From Candidatus Saccharimonadota bacterium (GTDB lineage: Bacteria; Patescibacteriota; Saccharimonadia; Saccharimonadales; JACDBH01), in contig JAYTXD010000011.1 of the NCBI GenBank assembly GCA_043743105.1, positions 1 through 24,000 on the forward strand: a DNA stretch of 24,000 nucleotides, read 5' to 3'. The position numbers and the translations under genes are program-made. Below are positions 1 to 7,723 of the stretch, one piece after another. How positions within the stretch are numbered: the first letter of the stretch is position 1; every line of letters starts with the position of its first letter. Under the pieces are notes generated by a model. That model worked only from the letters and a program-made list of their open reading frames with translations, was not told the DNA's origin and searched no databases.

Positions 1-465
1 ATAGGGCTTAGTGCGCGAGCTGCTAGCATTGCCGCTGGTAGTATGGCCGTCCTGCTCATCGGTGGAATACTTGCATACCAAAATATTCCAAATATTTCGG
101 TGCGTTATGCCAGCACAAAGGCAGGGATTAATGCTAGCTTGCCAACCTATCAACCGTCTGGTTTTGCCATTAACAATCATATCAACTACCGCCCTGGCGA
201 AATTAGCGTTGCCTATAAAGCCAACGCCGATAACCGCGCCTACGTCCTTACACAAAAAAGCACCAACTGGAACAGTGATGCGCTAAAAGAGCACATTATG
301 GGTACCACAGGTATTATTCCGCAAATTTATCCCGACAATGGCCGCACCATCTATTTGCATGACAACCACGAGGCCGACTGGGTCAATGATGGAGTCTGGT
401 ACAGCATTACCGGTAACTCCAACCTAAACACCGACCAACTTATCAAAATCGCCACTTCTTTGTAA
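1..465 (+). CDS. DUF4367-like domain membrane protein, C-terminal part (5' end lies outside the window)
   Basis: Frame 1 is open from base 1, with no stop before the listed ATG at 43. A hydrophobic segment (MAVLLIGGILAY) is followed by a domain ending ...NTDQLIKIATSL, a pattern I associate with DUF4367 / anti-sigma-associated C-terminal domains. Family call is from motif memory only. Confidence 0.55.
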   Translation: MGLSARAASIAAGSMAVLLIGGILAYQNIPNISVRYASTKAGINASLPTYQPSGFAINNHINYRPGEISVAYKANADNRAYVLTQKSTNWNSDALKEHIMGTTGIIPQIYPDNGRTIYLHDNHEADWVNDGVWYSITGNSNLNTDQLIKIATSL

Positions 466-489
466 CACCTGTGAAAGGTGCGTGAAAGT

Positions 490-2151
490 TTACTGCAATC
501 TGTTTTTAATGCGGTCTATGCCCATTACTTTCATAATAGTCCAAAGATCCGGTGTGCGGTTTTTGCCAGTCAATTTAACCCGAATAATACGCGCAAAGTC
601 TGCTACATTGCCCTTAAATTTTTTGGGGGATTCTTTAAACTCCTTATTATCGGTTGCAAAGCCGGTTTTTTCGGCAGCGGCTTTTAGCTTATCAAACCAT
701 GTTTGTTGATCATCATCCGAGTTGTATGTATGCAAAAACTCTGCGCATGCTTCACGTCCAGTATCTACGGAAAAATCCTTCAGTTCTTCTATAACTCTTG
801 ACGCAAATTCTTCAGGGTAAAGGTCATCATAAAAATAGCTGTAATTCTCTGGTGCATCAGACCACTTAGCGATATCTTTACGCGGTTTTTCGCCCTGACG
901 CTCTACGGCTAATACCCGGGTCGTGTACTCAGTACCAGACTCCATAGCAGTCGCAAAACGGGGTGAATTTTCACGCGCCCAACTAATTATTGCTGCGTTG
1001 AATTCTTCTTGGGGCAAACTGGCTATGTAGTCTTTGGCGTAATCCTCAATTTTTTTTATATCAAGGAGCGGAGCGCGGCTAGCTGCTAATTTTTCCAGTG
1101 AAATGACAAAATCTGTAACTGGTTTGCCAGCATTAGCACGGTACCAGTCTTCGAAGTTTGAGTTCGCAAGGCCAAATAAATACGCTCGCACGGCCTCAAG
1201 AGGGTAGCCTGCTTCCAACCAAAACTTCACGTCGGCCTCAGAATCTTTGCGTTTACTCAGCTTTCGTTTGCCACCACCATTTTTGTCGATGACTGAAATT
1301 GGTGCAAAGTGTCCGTAGATAAATGGTTCTAAATGTAATGCCTGTGCGAGCTCGATATGCAGGGCAGTGCTTGGCAACCATTCATCACTACGGAAAACTT
1401 TTGTGACATGCATTAGATGGTCATCTACCACATGCGCCAGATGATAAGTCGGCAAACGGTATTCGTCGCTTTTTATTAGTGGCACGTCCAGATCATTTTC
1501 GGGCACTTCCATCTTGCCCTTAAAAACGTCCGCGTACTGGATTCGCTTTTGGTGGTCACCGTTTGATTTAAAGCGAAGTACAAACGGCTTGCCGGCATCG
1601 AGAGCTTCTATAATTTCTGCTTCGGATTTATTGCGCCACAACGCCCAATCGCCATAATAACCAGGGCGCTGTTTCTTAGCCTGCTGGTCGTCAATCGCCA
1701 CCTTAAGCTCTTCTGGTGTTGCAAAACAGGGATACGCACGACCATTTTCAAGAAGCTCCAAAGCGTACCCCATATACGTTTTGCCACGTTGGCTCTGAAA
1801 ATATGGACCGTATGCTGCCTCTTTATCAGGGCCTTCGTCATATTTAAGCTCAAACTCACGGAAAGCGTTAATGATGCCATCAACCGAGCCCTCTATCTCA
1901 CGTTTTTTATCGGTATCTTCAATACGCAAGATAAATACGCCGCCCGTCTGGTGGGCAACACGCTCATTAACAAGCCCAGCATAAATCGTGCCAATGTGCA
2001 TAAACCCTGTTGGGCTTGGCGCTATACGCATAACCTCAGCACCCTGTGGCAAGTTACGAGCGGGATACTGCAATTCACTTTCTTGGCGTGGCGTATAGCC
2101 TTCGGGTGCCAATATTTTTTTGAGTCTTTCTATAAGATCAGGGGAATACAT
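490..2151 (-). CDS. gltX: Glutamate--tRNA ligase (class I GluRS)
   Basis: 553-aa ORF with a HIGH-type motif (SPTGFMHIGT), an RIEDTD box and a KMSKS-type motif (KLSKRK). Bacterial GluRS-like throughout. Confidence 0.92.
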   Translation of the reverse strand: MYSPDLIERLKKILAPEGYTPRQESELQYPARNLPQGAEVMRIAPSPTGFMHIGTIYAGLVNERVAHQTGGVFILRIEDTDKKREIEGSVDGIINAFREFELKYDEGPDKEAAYGPYFQSQRGKTYMGYALELLENGRAYPCFATPEELKVAIDDQQAKKQRPGYYGDWALWRNKSEAEIIEALDAGKPFVLRFKSNGDHQKRIQYADVFKGKMEVPENDLDVPLIKSDEYRLPTYHLAHVVDDHLMHVTKVFRSDEWLPSTALHIELAQALHLEPFIYGHFAPISVIDKNGGGKRKLSKRKDSEADVKFWLEAGYPLEAVRAYLFGLANSNFEDWYRANAGKPVTDFVISLEKLAASRAPLLDIKKIEDYAKDYIASLPQEEFNAAIISWARENSPRFATAMESGTEYTTRVLAVERQGEKPRKDIAKWSDAPENYSYFYDDLYPEEFASRVIEELKDFSVDTGREACAEFLHTYNSDDDQQTWFDKLKAAAEKTGFATDNKEFKESPKKFKGNVADFARIIRVKLTGKNRTPDLWTIMKVMGIDRIKNRLQ

Positions 2152-2158
2152 ACTCTAG

Positions 2159-2167
2159 ATTGTACCA
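2159..2167 (-). promoter_or_regulatory. Extended -10 element (TGgTACAAT on the minus strand) 7 nt upstream of the gltX ATG; putative leaderless promoter
   Basis: The minus strand reads ctcTGgTACAATctagagtATG. There is no SD sequence between the hexamer and the start codon. Confidence 0.45.
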
Positions 2168-2213
2168 GAGGTTATAACCAGCAAATAACTTTTGTATTCA
2201 TACATAAGCGCTA

Positions 2214-2222
2214 TGGTACAAT
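2214..2222 (+). promoter_or_regulatory. Extended -10 element (TGgTACAAT) 9 nt upstream of the ATG at 2232; putative leaderless promoter
   Basis: The plus strand reads ctaTGgTACAATttaaagcaaATG. No SD sequence. It mirrors the divergent gltX element. Confidence 0.45.
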
Positions 2223-2231
2223 TTAAAGCAA

Positions 2232-3569
2232 ATGGATGATATTAAAAGGCCGCGCAAGTCAAAGTTGCAAGCGGAAACAAAACCAGACCCTATCGATGAC
2301 TCAGTGCCTGAATATAGTGCCGCTGAATCAAGGACTGTAGAATTAAAGACTGACGAACCCGACCATACCATCGAAAAGCCAGAGCCTATCTTTAAAACAC
2401 CCGAGTCAATAGCCGATGCAGAAATAGCCGCAGCTGCAAGCACCTCAGAAGACGACGAAGAGGCAGCAGGCAAAGTCGATGCCAATAAGCCAACCAAAAA
2501 TCGTCGTATTGATCTCCACATGCCTCGTGGCAAAAAGCAATGGATTATCGCCAGCATTATTGCCATTATTGTACTGGGCAGTATGGGTGCCAGCGCCTAT
2601 TGGTTTGTCATTAAAAAGCCTGTAAAGCCTGCGCCCGTGGTTGCTAGGCTAGTTAAAAAAGTAGTTAAACCAAAGCCAACCACCGAAGTCTCTAAGCTTA
2701 GTGGCCTAATCGTACCGATTGGCACCAACCTTGGTCCTGTCACAGCCGTACAGATAGAAAATAGCCCTGATGCCCGTCCGCAATCGGGCCTCAAAGAAGC
2801 CAGTGTCATCTTTGAGGCTATCGCCGAAGGTGGTATCACACGTTTTAATGCGATATTTCAGGATACAACACCAGATTACGTAGGGCCAGTACGGTCGTTG
2901 CGTCCATACTACATCGACTGGTTTTGGCCGTTTGATGCATCTATTGCCCATGTCGGTGGCGCCCCGCAAGCATTAGCCGACATAAAATTACTTGGCCTCA
3001 AGGACCTCGACCAGTTTTATAACGGCGGCAGCTACGACCGTATTACCAGCCGCTACGCTCCACACAATGTCTACACTTCTATCGCGAGACTCAATGACCT
3101 CGAAAAGGCCAAAGGCTTTACCGCTGCTACGTATACTGGTTTTCTTCGTAAAAAAGAAACCAAAGCTGTTACACCAACCGCAAAAGCAATTGATCTTGGT
3201 ATCTCAAGTTATTTTTATAATGCTCATTATGATTATGACGTAGCCACTAATTCCTACCTGCGCAGCGAGGGCGGGGCAGCGCATGTTGACCTTAAATCTA
3301 ATACGCAGCTCGCACCAAAAGTTGTTGTTGCAATCGTAATGTCACGTGGCCTCGACACCGACGGCGAACACACCGATTACGTTACAACGGGCAGTGGGCA
3401 TATGTATGTGTTCCAAGATGGGTCAGTAGCCGAGGGAACATGGAGTAAAGCCAGCCGCCAAGCTCAATGGGTCTTTGCGGGCGACGACGGCAAACCAATA
3501 GCTTTTAACCCCGGACAAACATGGTTTAGCATGGTCGATAACACTGGTGCCGTAACCTACACCCCATAA
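2232..3569 (+). CDS. Membrane-anchored DUF3048 domain protein (YerB-like) with an acidic N-terminal tail
   Basis: 445 aa. One TM helix (WIIASIIAIIVLGSMGASAYWFVI), then VQIENSPDARPQSGL...VIFEAIAEGGITRFNAIF and RSLRPYYIDW motifs typical of DUF3048. Confidence 0.75.
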   Translation: MDDIKRPRKSKLQAETKPDPIDDSVPEYSAAESRTVELKTDEPDHTIEKPEPIFKTPESIADAEIAAAASTSEDDEEAAGKVDANKPTKNRRIDLHMPRGKKQWIIASIIAIIVLGSMGASAYWFVIKKPVKPAPVVARLVKKVVKPKPTTEVSKLSGLIVPIGTNLGPVTAVQIENSPDARPQSGLKEASVIFEAIAEGGITRFNAIFQDTTPDYVGPVRSLRPYYIDWFWPFDASIAHVGGAPQALADIKLLGLKDLDQFYNGGSYDRITSRYAPHNVYTSIARLNDLEKAKGFTAATYTGFLRKKETKAVTPTAKAIDLGISSYFYNAHYDYDVATNSYLRSEGGAAHVDLKSNTQLAPKVVVAIVMSRGLDTDGEHTDYVTTGSGHMYVFQDGSVAEGTWSKASRQAQWVFAGDDGKPIAFNPGQTWFSMVDNTGAVTYTP

Positions 3570-3571
3570 TT

Positions 3572-5128
3572 ATGGATAATTTTAAAAAATTCAGTAACAA
3601 CCTCAGCATCTACGGGTTCTTTTGGATACTTATAAATAGCCTCTTGGCTGTTGGCTCTTATTTGTTATTCCAAAGAGTTTTCAATCTAAGTGAAGAACTT
3701 TCACTGACAGCTACAACAGTAATGGCTATCTTTTTGTCTTTTGGGGTAGCAAAGCTTGTTGTCATGGCGGTAAGCGAGCCCTTTAAAGCTGTCTGGCAAG
3801 CAATCTGGGTTATGAGTGATCGTGACGTACCAACTCCACAGCCTGACAAGCTAACTCATGGGCGAGAACTGGCACAATCCATGATCCAGCAAGTCTATAA
3901 ATTAGGTGATACTATCGTACCTCAAACATCGGCAGTTGCCAGTACGCAATCAACCCTAGCTATCCAACCGGCCGTAAACGGTACTAATACAGATCTTTTA
4001 GAAATCATGCCTTTGCCAGTGTTGGTGCTCGATGCTAATGACCAAGTAGTACTTGCAAATCAGATGCTACTTCAATATTTAGGGCGCAACCGCGAAGAAG
4101 TTATTGGCAAGTCAATCAATGACGTCTTGCAACTTTCGTTTCAGTCCAAAGACACGCTAGAAAGCTGGTTGACAAATGCTAAAATTAATAGCGTTACTTC
4201 TGGTTCTTCGTGGGACCGAGTGCGTATGCAATTACCCGATGAAAAAGGCCTTAAGCAGTTTGACTTAATAGCCCATTACACTAAAAATAACGCCTCCAAT
4301 TACGAAACACTACTGGCGATTTTCGACCACACCGAACGCTACGGAGGTGAAGACAACAGCACTAGCTATGTTGCCCTAGCAGTGCACGAGCTCCGTACGC
4401 CGTTAACGGTTCTACGCGGCTATATTGAAGTATTTGAAGATGAGCTAGAAGGTCAGCTTACCCCCGAACTAAAGGATTTTATGCATAGAATGAGCGCCTC
4501 AGCTCAAACATTAACGGCATTCGTCAGTAATATATTAAATGTTGCTCGTGTAGACGAAAATCAGCTTACGCTAAGTTTGCATGAAGCAAATTGGAACGAA
4601 CTTTTGCCGGAGATTGCTAAGGACCTCGAGTTGCGTGCCCACGTTAGGGGCAAGACAATTGAATTAGAAATTCAACCAAACCTTCCTTTGGTCGCAGTAG
4701 ACAAAGTTAGCATTTATGAAGTTGTTAGTAACCTAGTCGACAATGCCATAAAATACAGCGCCGATAGCACAAAGATTGTCATTAAAGCAGGGGTCGGTAA
4801 AGAAGGAGCAGTTGACACGGTCGTCCAAGACTTTGGCGTAGGCATACCGGCCAGCACGATGAAATTTTTGTATACCAAATTTTATCGCAATCATCGCAAC
4901 AAGGGCAGCATCAGCGGTAGCGGGCTAGGTCTATACCTAGTAAAAGCTATTATTACCGCTATGGGTGGCAGTGTTTGGGTTAATAGTAAAGAAAACGAAG
5001 GCAGCAGCTTCGGTTTTTCGTTAATCCCATACCAAAATCTTGCAGCCGAGCTAAAAGACGCGCCAAATGGTAATATTGAACGTCAGGCCCACGGTTGGAT
5101 TAAAAATCATTCAATGTATAGGAGATAA
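3572..5128 (+). CDS. Sensor histidine kinase (TM, PAS-like, HisKA and HATPase_c regions)
   Basis: H-box ALAVHELRTPLTVLRGY, N-box NLVDNAIKYS, G-boxes DFGVGIP and GSGLGLYLVK. The start lies 2 nt after the upstream stop. Confidence 0.9.
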   Translation: MDNFKKFSNNLSIYGFFWILINSLLAVGSYLLFQRVFNLSEELSLTATTVMAIFLSFGVAKLVVMAVSEPFKAVWQAIWVMSDRDVPTPQPDKLTHGRELAQSMIQQVYKLGDTIVPQTSAVASTQSTLAIQPAVNGTNTDLLEIMPLPVLVLDANDQVVLANQMLLQYLGRNREEVIGKSINDVLQLSFQSKDTLESWLTNAKINSVTSGSSWDRVRMQLPDEKGLKQFDLIAHYTKNNASNYETLLAIFDHTERYGGEDNSTSYVALAVHELRTPLTVLRGYIEVFEDELEGQLTPELKDFMHRMSASAQTLTAFVSNILNVARVDENQLTLSLHEANWNELLPEIAKDLELRAHVRGKTIELEIQPNLPLVAVDKVSIYEVVSNLVDNAIKYSADSTKIVIKAGVGKEGAVDTVVQDFGVGIPASTMKFLYTKFYRNHRNKGSISGSGLGLYLVKAIITAMGGSVWVNSKENEGSSFGFSLIPYQNLAAELKDAPNGNIERQAHGWIKNHSMYRR

Positions 5129-5130
5129 CT

Positions 5131-5535
5131 ATGGATCAACATGCAACCACTCAGGTTACGCCAAATGGCCTCAAAGTGCTATGTATCGAAGATGAGTTTT
5201 TTATTAGTGAGCTTTACGACCGTGCGCTCCGCAAAGTAGGCTACAACGTCACCAATGCGCTCAATGGCAATGACGGGCTAGAGCTTGCCAAGACAGATAT
5301 GTATGATATTATCCTGCTTGACCTAATGGTACCAGGCATGACAGGTATCGAAATTCTTAAAATCTTACGTGATCCACTCCAAACCAAAGAGATTCATTCT
5401 AAGATTATTATAACCACCAACCTAGTACAGGACGAAGAGGACCGTAAGGCTATAGAAAGTCATGCAGACGGCTATATTATAAAGGCCGACATTACACCAA
5501 AAGAACTCGTGGCGTTTCTTGAAAAGCTTCGATAG
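5131..5535 (+). CDS. Single-domain (CheY-like) response regulator receiver
   Basis: 134 aa with a receiver fold pattern (VLCIEDE...IILLDLMVPGMTG...KIIITT) and no output domain. SD sequence TAGGAG lies upstream, and the start is 2 nt after the kinase stop. Confidence 0.9.
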   Translation: MDQHATTQVTPNGLKVLCIEDEFFISELYDRALRKVGYNVTNALNGNDGLELAKTDMYDIILLDLMVPGMTGIEILKILRDPLQTKEIHSKIIITTNLVQDEEDRKAIESHADGYIIKADITPKELVAFLEKLR

Positions 5536-5618
5536 CCATCACCTTAGAGCCTAAGTGGTACATAGTAGTAAAATATGCTAAAATTGTCTCTGTTATTAGC
5601 GTAATATTGCAATTAAAA

Positions 5619-5648
5619 GGTTTCGTCGTCTATCGGTTAGGACACCAG
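5619..5648 (+). pseudogene. Truncated 5' fragment of tRNA-Glu (acceptor 5' strand, D arm and start of anticodon stem)
   Basis: GGTTTCGTCGTCTATCGGTTAGGACACCAG matches bases 1-30 of the intact tRNA at 5744 in 28 of 30 positions. I found no matching T arm or acceptor 3' strand downstream. Confidence 0.6.
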
Positions 5649-5743
5649 CCATTCGTTGCTTGCAACGAAAAATAAAGTACACATCCTGGTCAGGATGAGA
5701 ACATTACAATCAAATACAATAAAATGTTACACGTATGACATAA

Positions 5744-5818
5744 GGTCCCGTCGTCTATCGGTTAGGACACCAGGTTCTCATCCTGGTAAGAGGAGTTCGA
5801 CTCTCCTCGGGATCACCA
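5744..5818 (+). tRNA. tRNA-Glu (anticodon CUC), 3' CCA encoded
   Basis: Hand-folded cloverleaf. Acceptor GGTCCCG/CGGGATC, D arm GTCT-ATCGGTTA-GGAC, anticodon arm CCAGG-TTCTCAT-CCTGG, T arm AGGAG-TTCGACT-CTCCT, then discriminator A and CCA. The D-arm sequence is typical of bacterial tRNA-Glu. Confidence 0.92.
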
Positions 5819-5925
5819 TTGTTTGAAACATAGTCAAATTTTAAAGTCAGTAATTTTATGCCTGCTTCATGAATTATATCTTCCGTGTTCATTTCCTACT
5901 CCTTATATAATATGTGATGAATTTG

Positions 5926-5951
5926 AAAGAGTGCCGATTTAAGCACTCTTT
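5926..5951 (-). terminator. Hairpin terminator directly after the DUF3892 stop codon (possibly bidirectional)
   Basis: 9-bp perfect stem AAAGAGTGC/GCACTCTTT with an 8-nt loop. It is T-rich on the 3' side of the plus strand, and there is a partial T run on the minus strand. Confidence 0.55.
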
Positions 5952-5952
5952 T

Positions 5953-6231
5953 CTAGCACGGTGGCAAGCTCAAGAGGTTGTTTGCCTCTGAAGCGTCGGG
6001 CCGTGTCTGCAGAAAACGAATATTTCCGTTATCTTTTATGTCACAGATAGCCTGGTTGCCATCCTCAGCAACATATGCGTATAGGCCCTTTGCTTCGAGT
6101 TGGCTTATGAGCGATTTCCGTTCGATAACGCTAAACGTACCGTCTGAAGTGTCCGAGGTACCATAGTGGCTTATCGCTTCATAGCGACTATCACGATCAG
6201 GTTTGCGGATATGCGTAATTCTAATTCCCAT
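5953..6231 (-). CDS. DUF3892 domain protein
   Basis: 92 aa. ITHIRKPDRDSRYEAISHYG near the N-terminus and C-terminal NNLLSLPPC match my recollection of the DUF3892 signature. A strong SD (AAGGAG) lies upstream on the minus strand. Confidence 0.65.
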   Translation of the reverse strand: MGIRITHIRKPDRDSRYEAISHYGTSDTSDGTFSVIERKSLISQLEAKGLYAYVAEDGNQAICDIKDNGNIRFLQTRPDASEANNLLSLPPC

Positions 6232-6395
6232 AGTTTTACTCCTTTCCCCTTGTTATTAATTTTTGATGATTATTATGAAGTATGTGTTTTCTCGCAGTAA
6301 ACGCAACTTCCGTGAACTCCCGCAGTACTATCATGCGATTAGTTCTAAGAAAAGCATAGTTTATTTTTACTAGTTTGTCTAGTGTTTACACTATA

Positions 6396-6424
6396 TTTAC
6401 AATTTACACCAAATGCGCTACAAT
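6396..6424 (+). promoter_or_regulatory. Putative promoter of the S24 repressor operon: TTTACA, 17 nt spacer, TACAAT, with the -10 ending 7 nt before the ATG (leaderless)
   Basis: TTTACA at 6396-6401, a 17-nt spacer, TACAAT at 6419-6424, ATG at 6432. No SD sequence. It is embedded in three TTTACA repeats. Confidence 0.45.
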
Positions 6425-6431
6425 TATATTC

Positions 6432-7076
6432 ATGAATGAAATCCAAGAAAAGCTACTCAAGCTAGCCGATAAGAGTGACTTGTCACGTATACCGCTCCGT
6501 ACAATTGCTGAAATGTTAGATAAGCCAAATATGAGTCCGGGTGTGTTGCAGCACCATTTTGCGCAGCTCGAGAAAAAGAAACTTCTTTTTGTCGATCGTA
6601 AAGCAAAAACGCAGCAACTTGGTTCTGACACAAGCGATGACAGATTCTATGTTATTCCTATTGTTGGAATGGCAAGCTGTGGACCCGCAAACCAATTTGC
6701 TGATGAAACTGTAGAAGGATATTTGAATATATCAAAGAGCAGCCTTAGAGCTAAAGGTAAGTTATTTGCAGTTAGAGCTACAGGTAAGTCTATGGATTAT
6801 GCGAATGTTCCAACGCCAAACGGCCTCACGGCCTCAATTGAGGATGGAGACTACGCCATAGTTGATACATATTTCACTGAGGTAAATGACAATGTTGGTA
6901 GGTATGTAGTATCAATCATTAATGGTCTTGCGAATATTAAAAAGCTCGCAAAGCGTGCATATGATTACGCACTGGTCTCAGAATCAACCAACACATTCGC
7001 TTATCCGCCAATTATAATTCACAAAGATGATGATTACTTGATAAATGGGCGTGTCATAGCAGTGGTTAAAGGATAG
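6432..7076 (+). CDS. LexA-family transcriptional repressor with an S24 autopeptidase domain
   Basis: N-terminal winged-helix LexA-like region (RTIAEMLDKPNMSPGVLQHHFAQLEKKKLL). The cleavage-site region IPIVGMASCGPA aligns with LexA LPLVGRVAAGEP. Catalytic Ser is in ATGKSM and Lys in ANIKKL. I prefer ATG 6432 to the TTG at 6375 because the first 19 codons of the longer ORF look non-protein-like and overlap the promoter. Confidence 0.85.
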   Translation: MNEIQEKLLKLADKSDLSRIPLRTIAEMLDKPNMSPGVLQHHFAQLEKKKLLFVDRKAKTQQLGSDTSDDRFYVIPIVGMASCGPANQFADETVEGYLNISKSSLRAKGKLFAVRATGKSMDYANVPTPNGLTASIEDGDYAIVDTYFTEVNDNVGRYVVSIINGLANIKKLAKRAYDYALVSESTNTFAYPPIIIHKDDDYLINGRVIAVVKG

Positions 7077-7078
7077 CT

Positions 7079-7723
7079 ATGAAAAAAGAAATAATCGAAC
7101 AGCTATTTGTAAGTTTTGAGGATATAAAGGAAGAACAGTCTGGCATAGAGTACTGGAGTGCGCGTACACTGCAAGAATTACTTGGATACACTAAATGGGA
7201 GAACTTTGAACGGGTAATACTTCGTGCTCAAGAGAGTGCAAAAAATAGCGATTATGCCATAGACGATCATTTTCTTAAAGTCAGGAAGATGATTGAAACC
7301 GGCAAAGGCGCCCAACGTGAAGTGATTGACTATAGTCTTACACGCTACGCATGCTACTTGATTGCCCAAAATGGTGACCCGTCTAAATCACAAGTTGCTT
7401 TTGCGCAAACATACTTTGCGGTACAGACACGCAAGCAAGAAATAATCGAACAACGACTGCTAGACATCGAACGCGTCGAAGCACGAGAAAAGTTATCCCA
7501 AACAGAAAAGAAATTATCAGGCGTAAAAGACCTGAAAGGCCAACGATTTATCTCTGGCGAACACGTTGCAAACAACAAGGCAGTACGTAAGATATTGGGT
7601 GAGCGTGGGGTTAAGCCTGAATTTCTACCTGCAGGTGAAGATGTAAAAAAGGTGCAACGTAAACTTGTAAGCGACGAAAAGAAGGCTGCAAAATTACAAG
7701 TGGATAGGAAAAAGAAATCATGA
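7079..7723 (+). CDS. dinD: DNA damage-inducible protein D homolog
   Basis: The stretch from [13 protein letters not shown]... through ...[35 protein letters not shown] closely parallels my recollection of E. coli DinD (WSARQLGKLLGY...LSRYACYLVVQNGDP...GQTYFAIQTRRQE). SD AAAGGA lies upstream, and the start is 2 nt after the repressor stop. Confidence 0.8.
   Translation: MKKEIIEQLFVSFEDIKEEQSGIEYWSARTLQELLGYTKWENFERVILRAQESAKNSDYAIDDHFLKVRKMIETGKGAQREVIDYSLTRYACYLIAQNGDPSKSQVAFAQTYFAVQTRKQEIIEQRLLDIERVEAREKLSQTEKKLSGVKDLKGQRFISGEHVANNKAVRKILGERGVKPEFLPAGEDVKKVQRKLVSDEKKAAKLQVDRKKKS

Noticed and set aside
466-480. A short hairpin CACCT-gtgaa-AGGTG between the convergent DUF4367-like gene and gltX, as a terminator.
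   Set aside because: The stem is only 5 bp and there is no U-tail on either strand. That is too weak to annotate.
5619-5743. A second tRNA-Glu gene, possibly intron-containing or split.
   Set aside because: Only the first 30 nt fold like a tRNA. The anticodon stem 3' strand would have to be GCTGG, and neither it, a T arm, nor an acceptor 3' strand complementary to GGTTTCG is present before the intact tRNA begins. I called it a pseudo-fragment instead.
6375-6431. The upstream alternative starts given in the ORF track: TTG 6375 for the repressor, TTG 13892 for der, and GTG 17977 for the small membrane protein.
   Set aside because: The extra N-terminal residues are not protein-like or family-like, and they overlap the promoter hexamers. 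The downstream ATGs give canonical N-termini, for example MSVKVPIVAIIGRANVGKS for Der.
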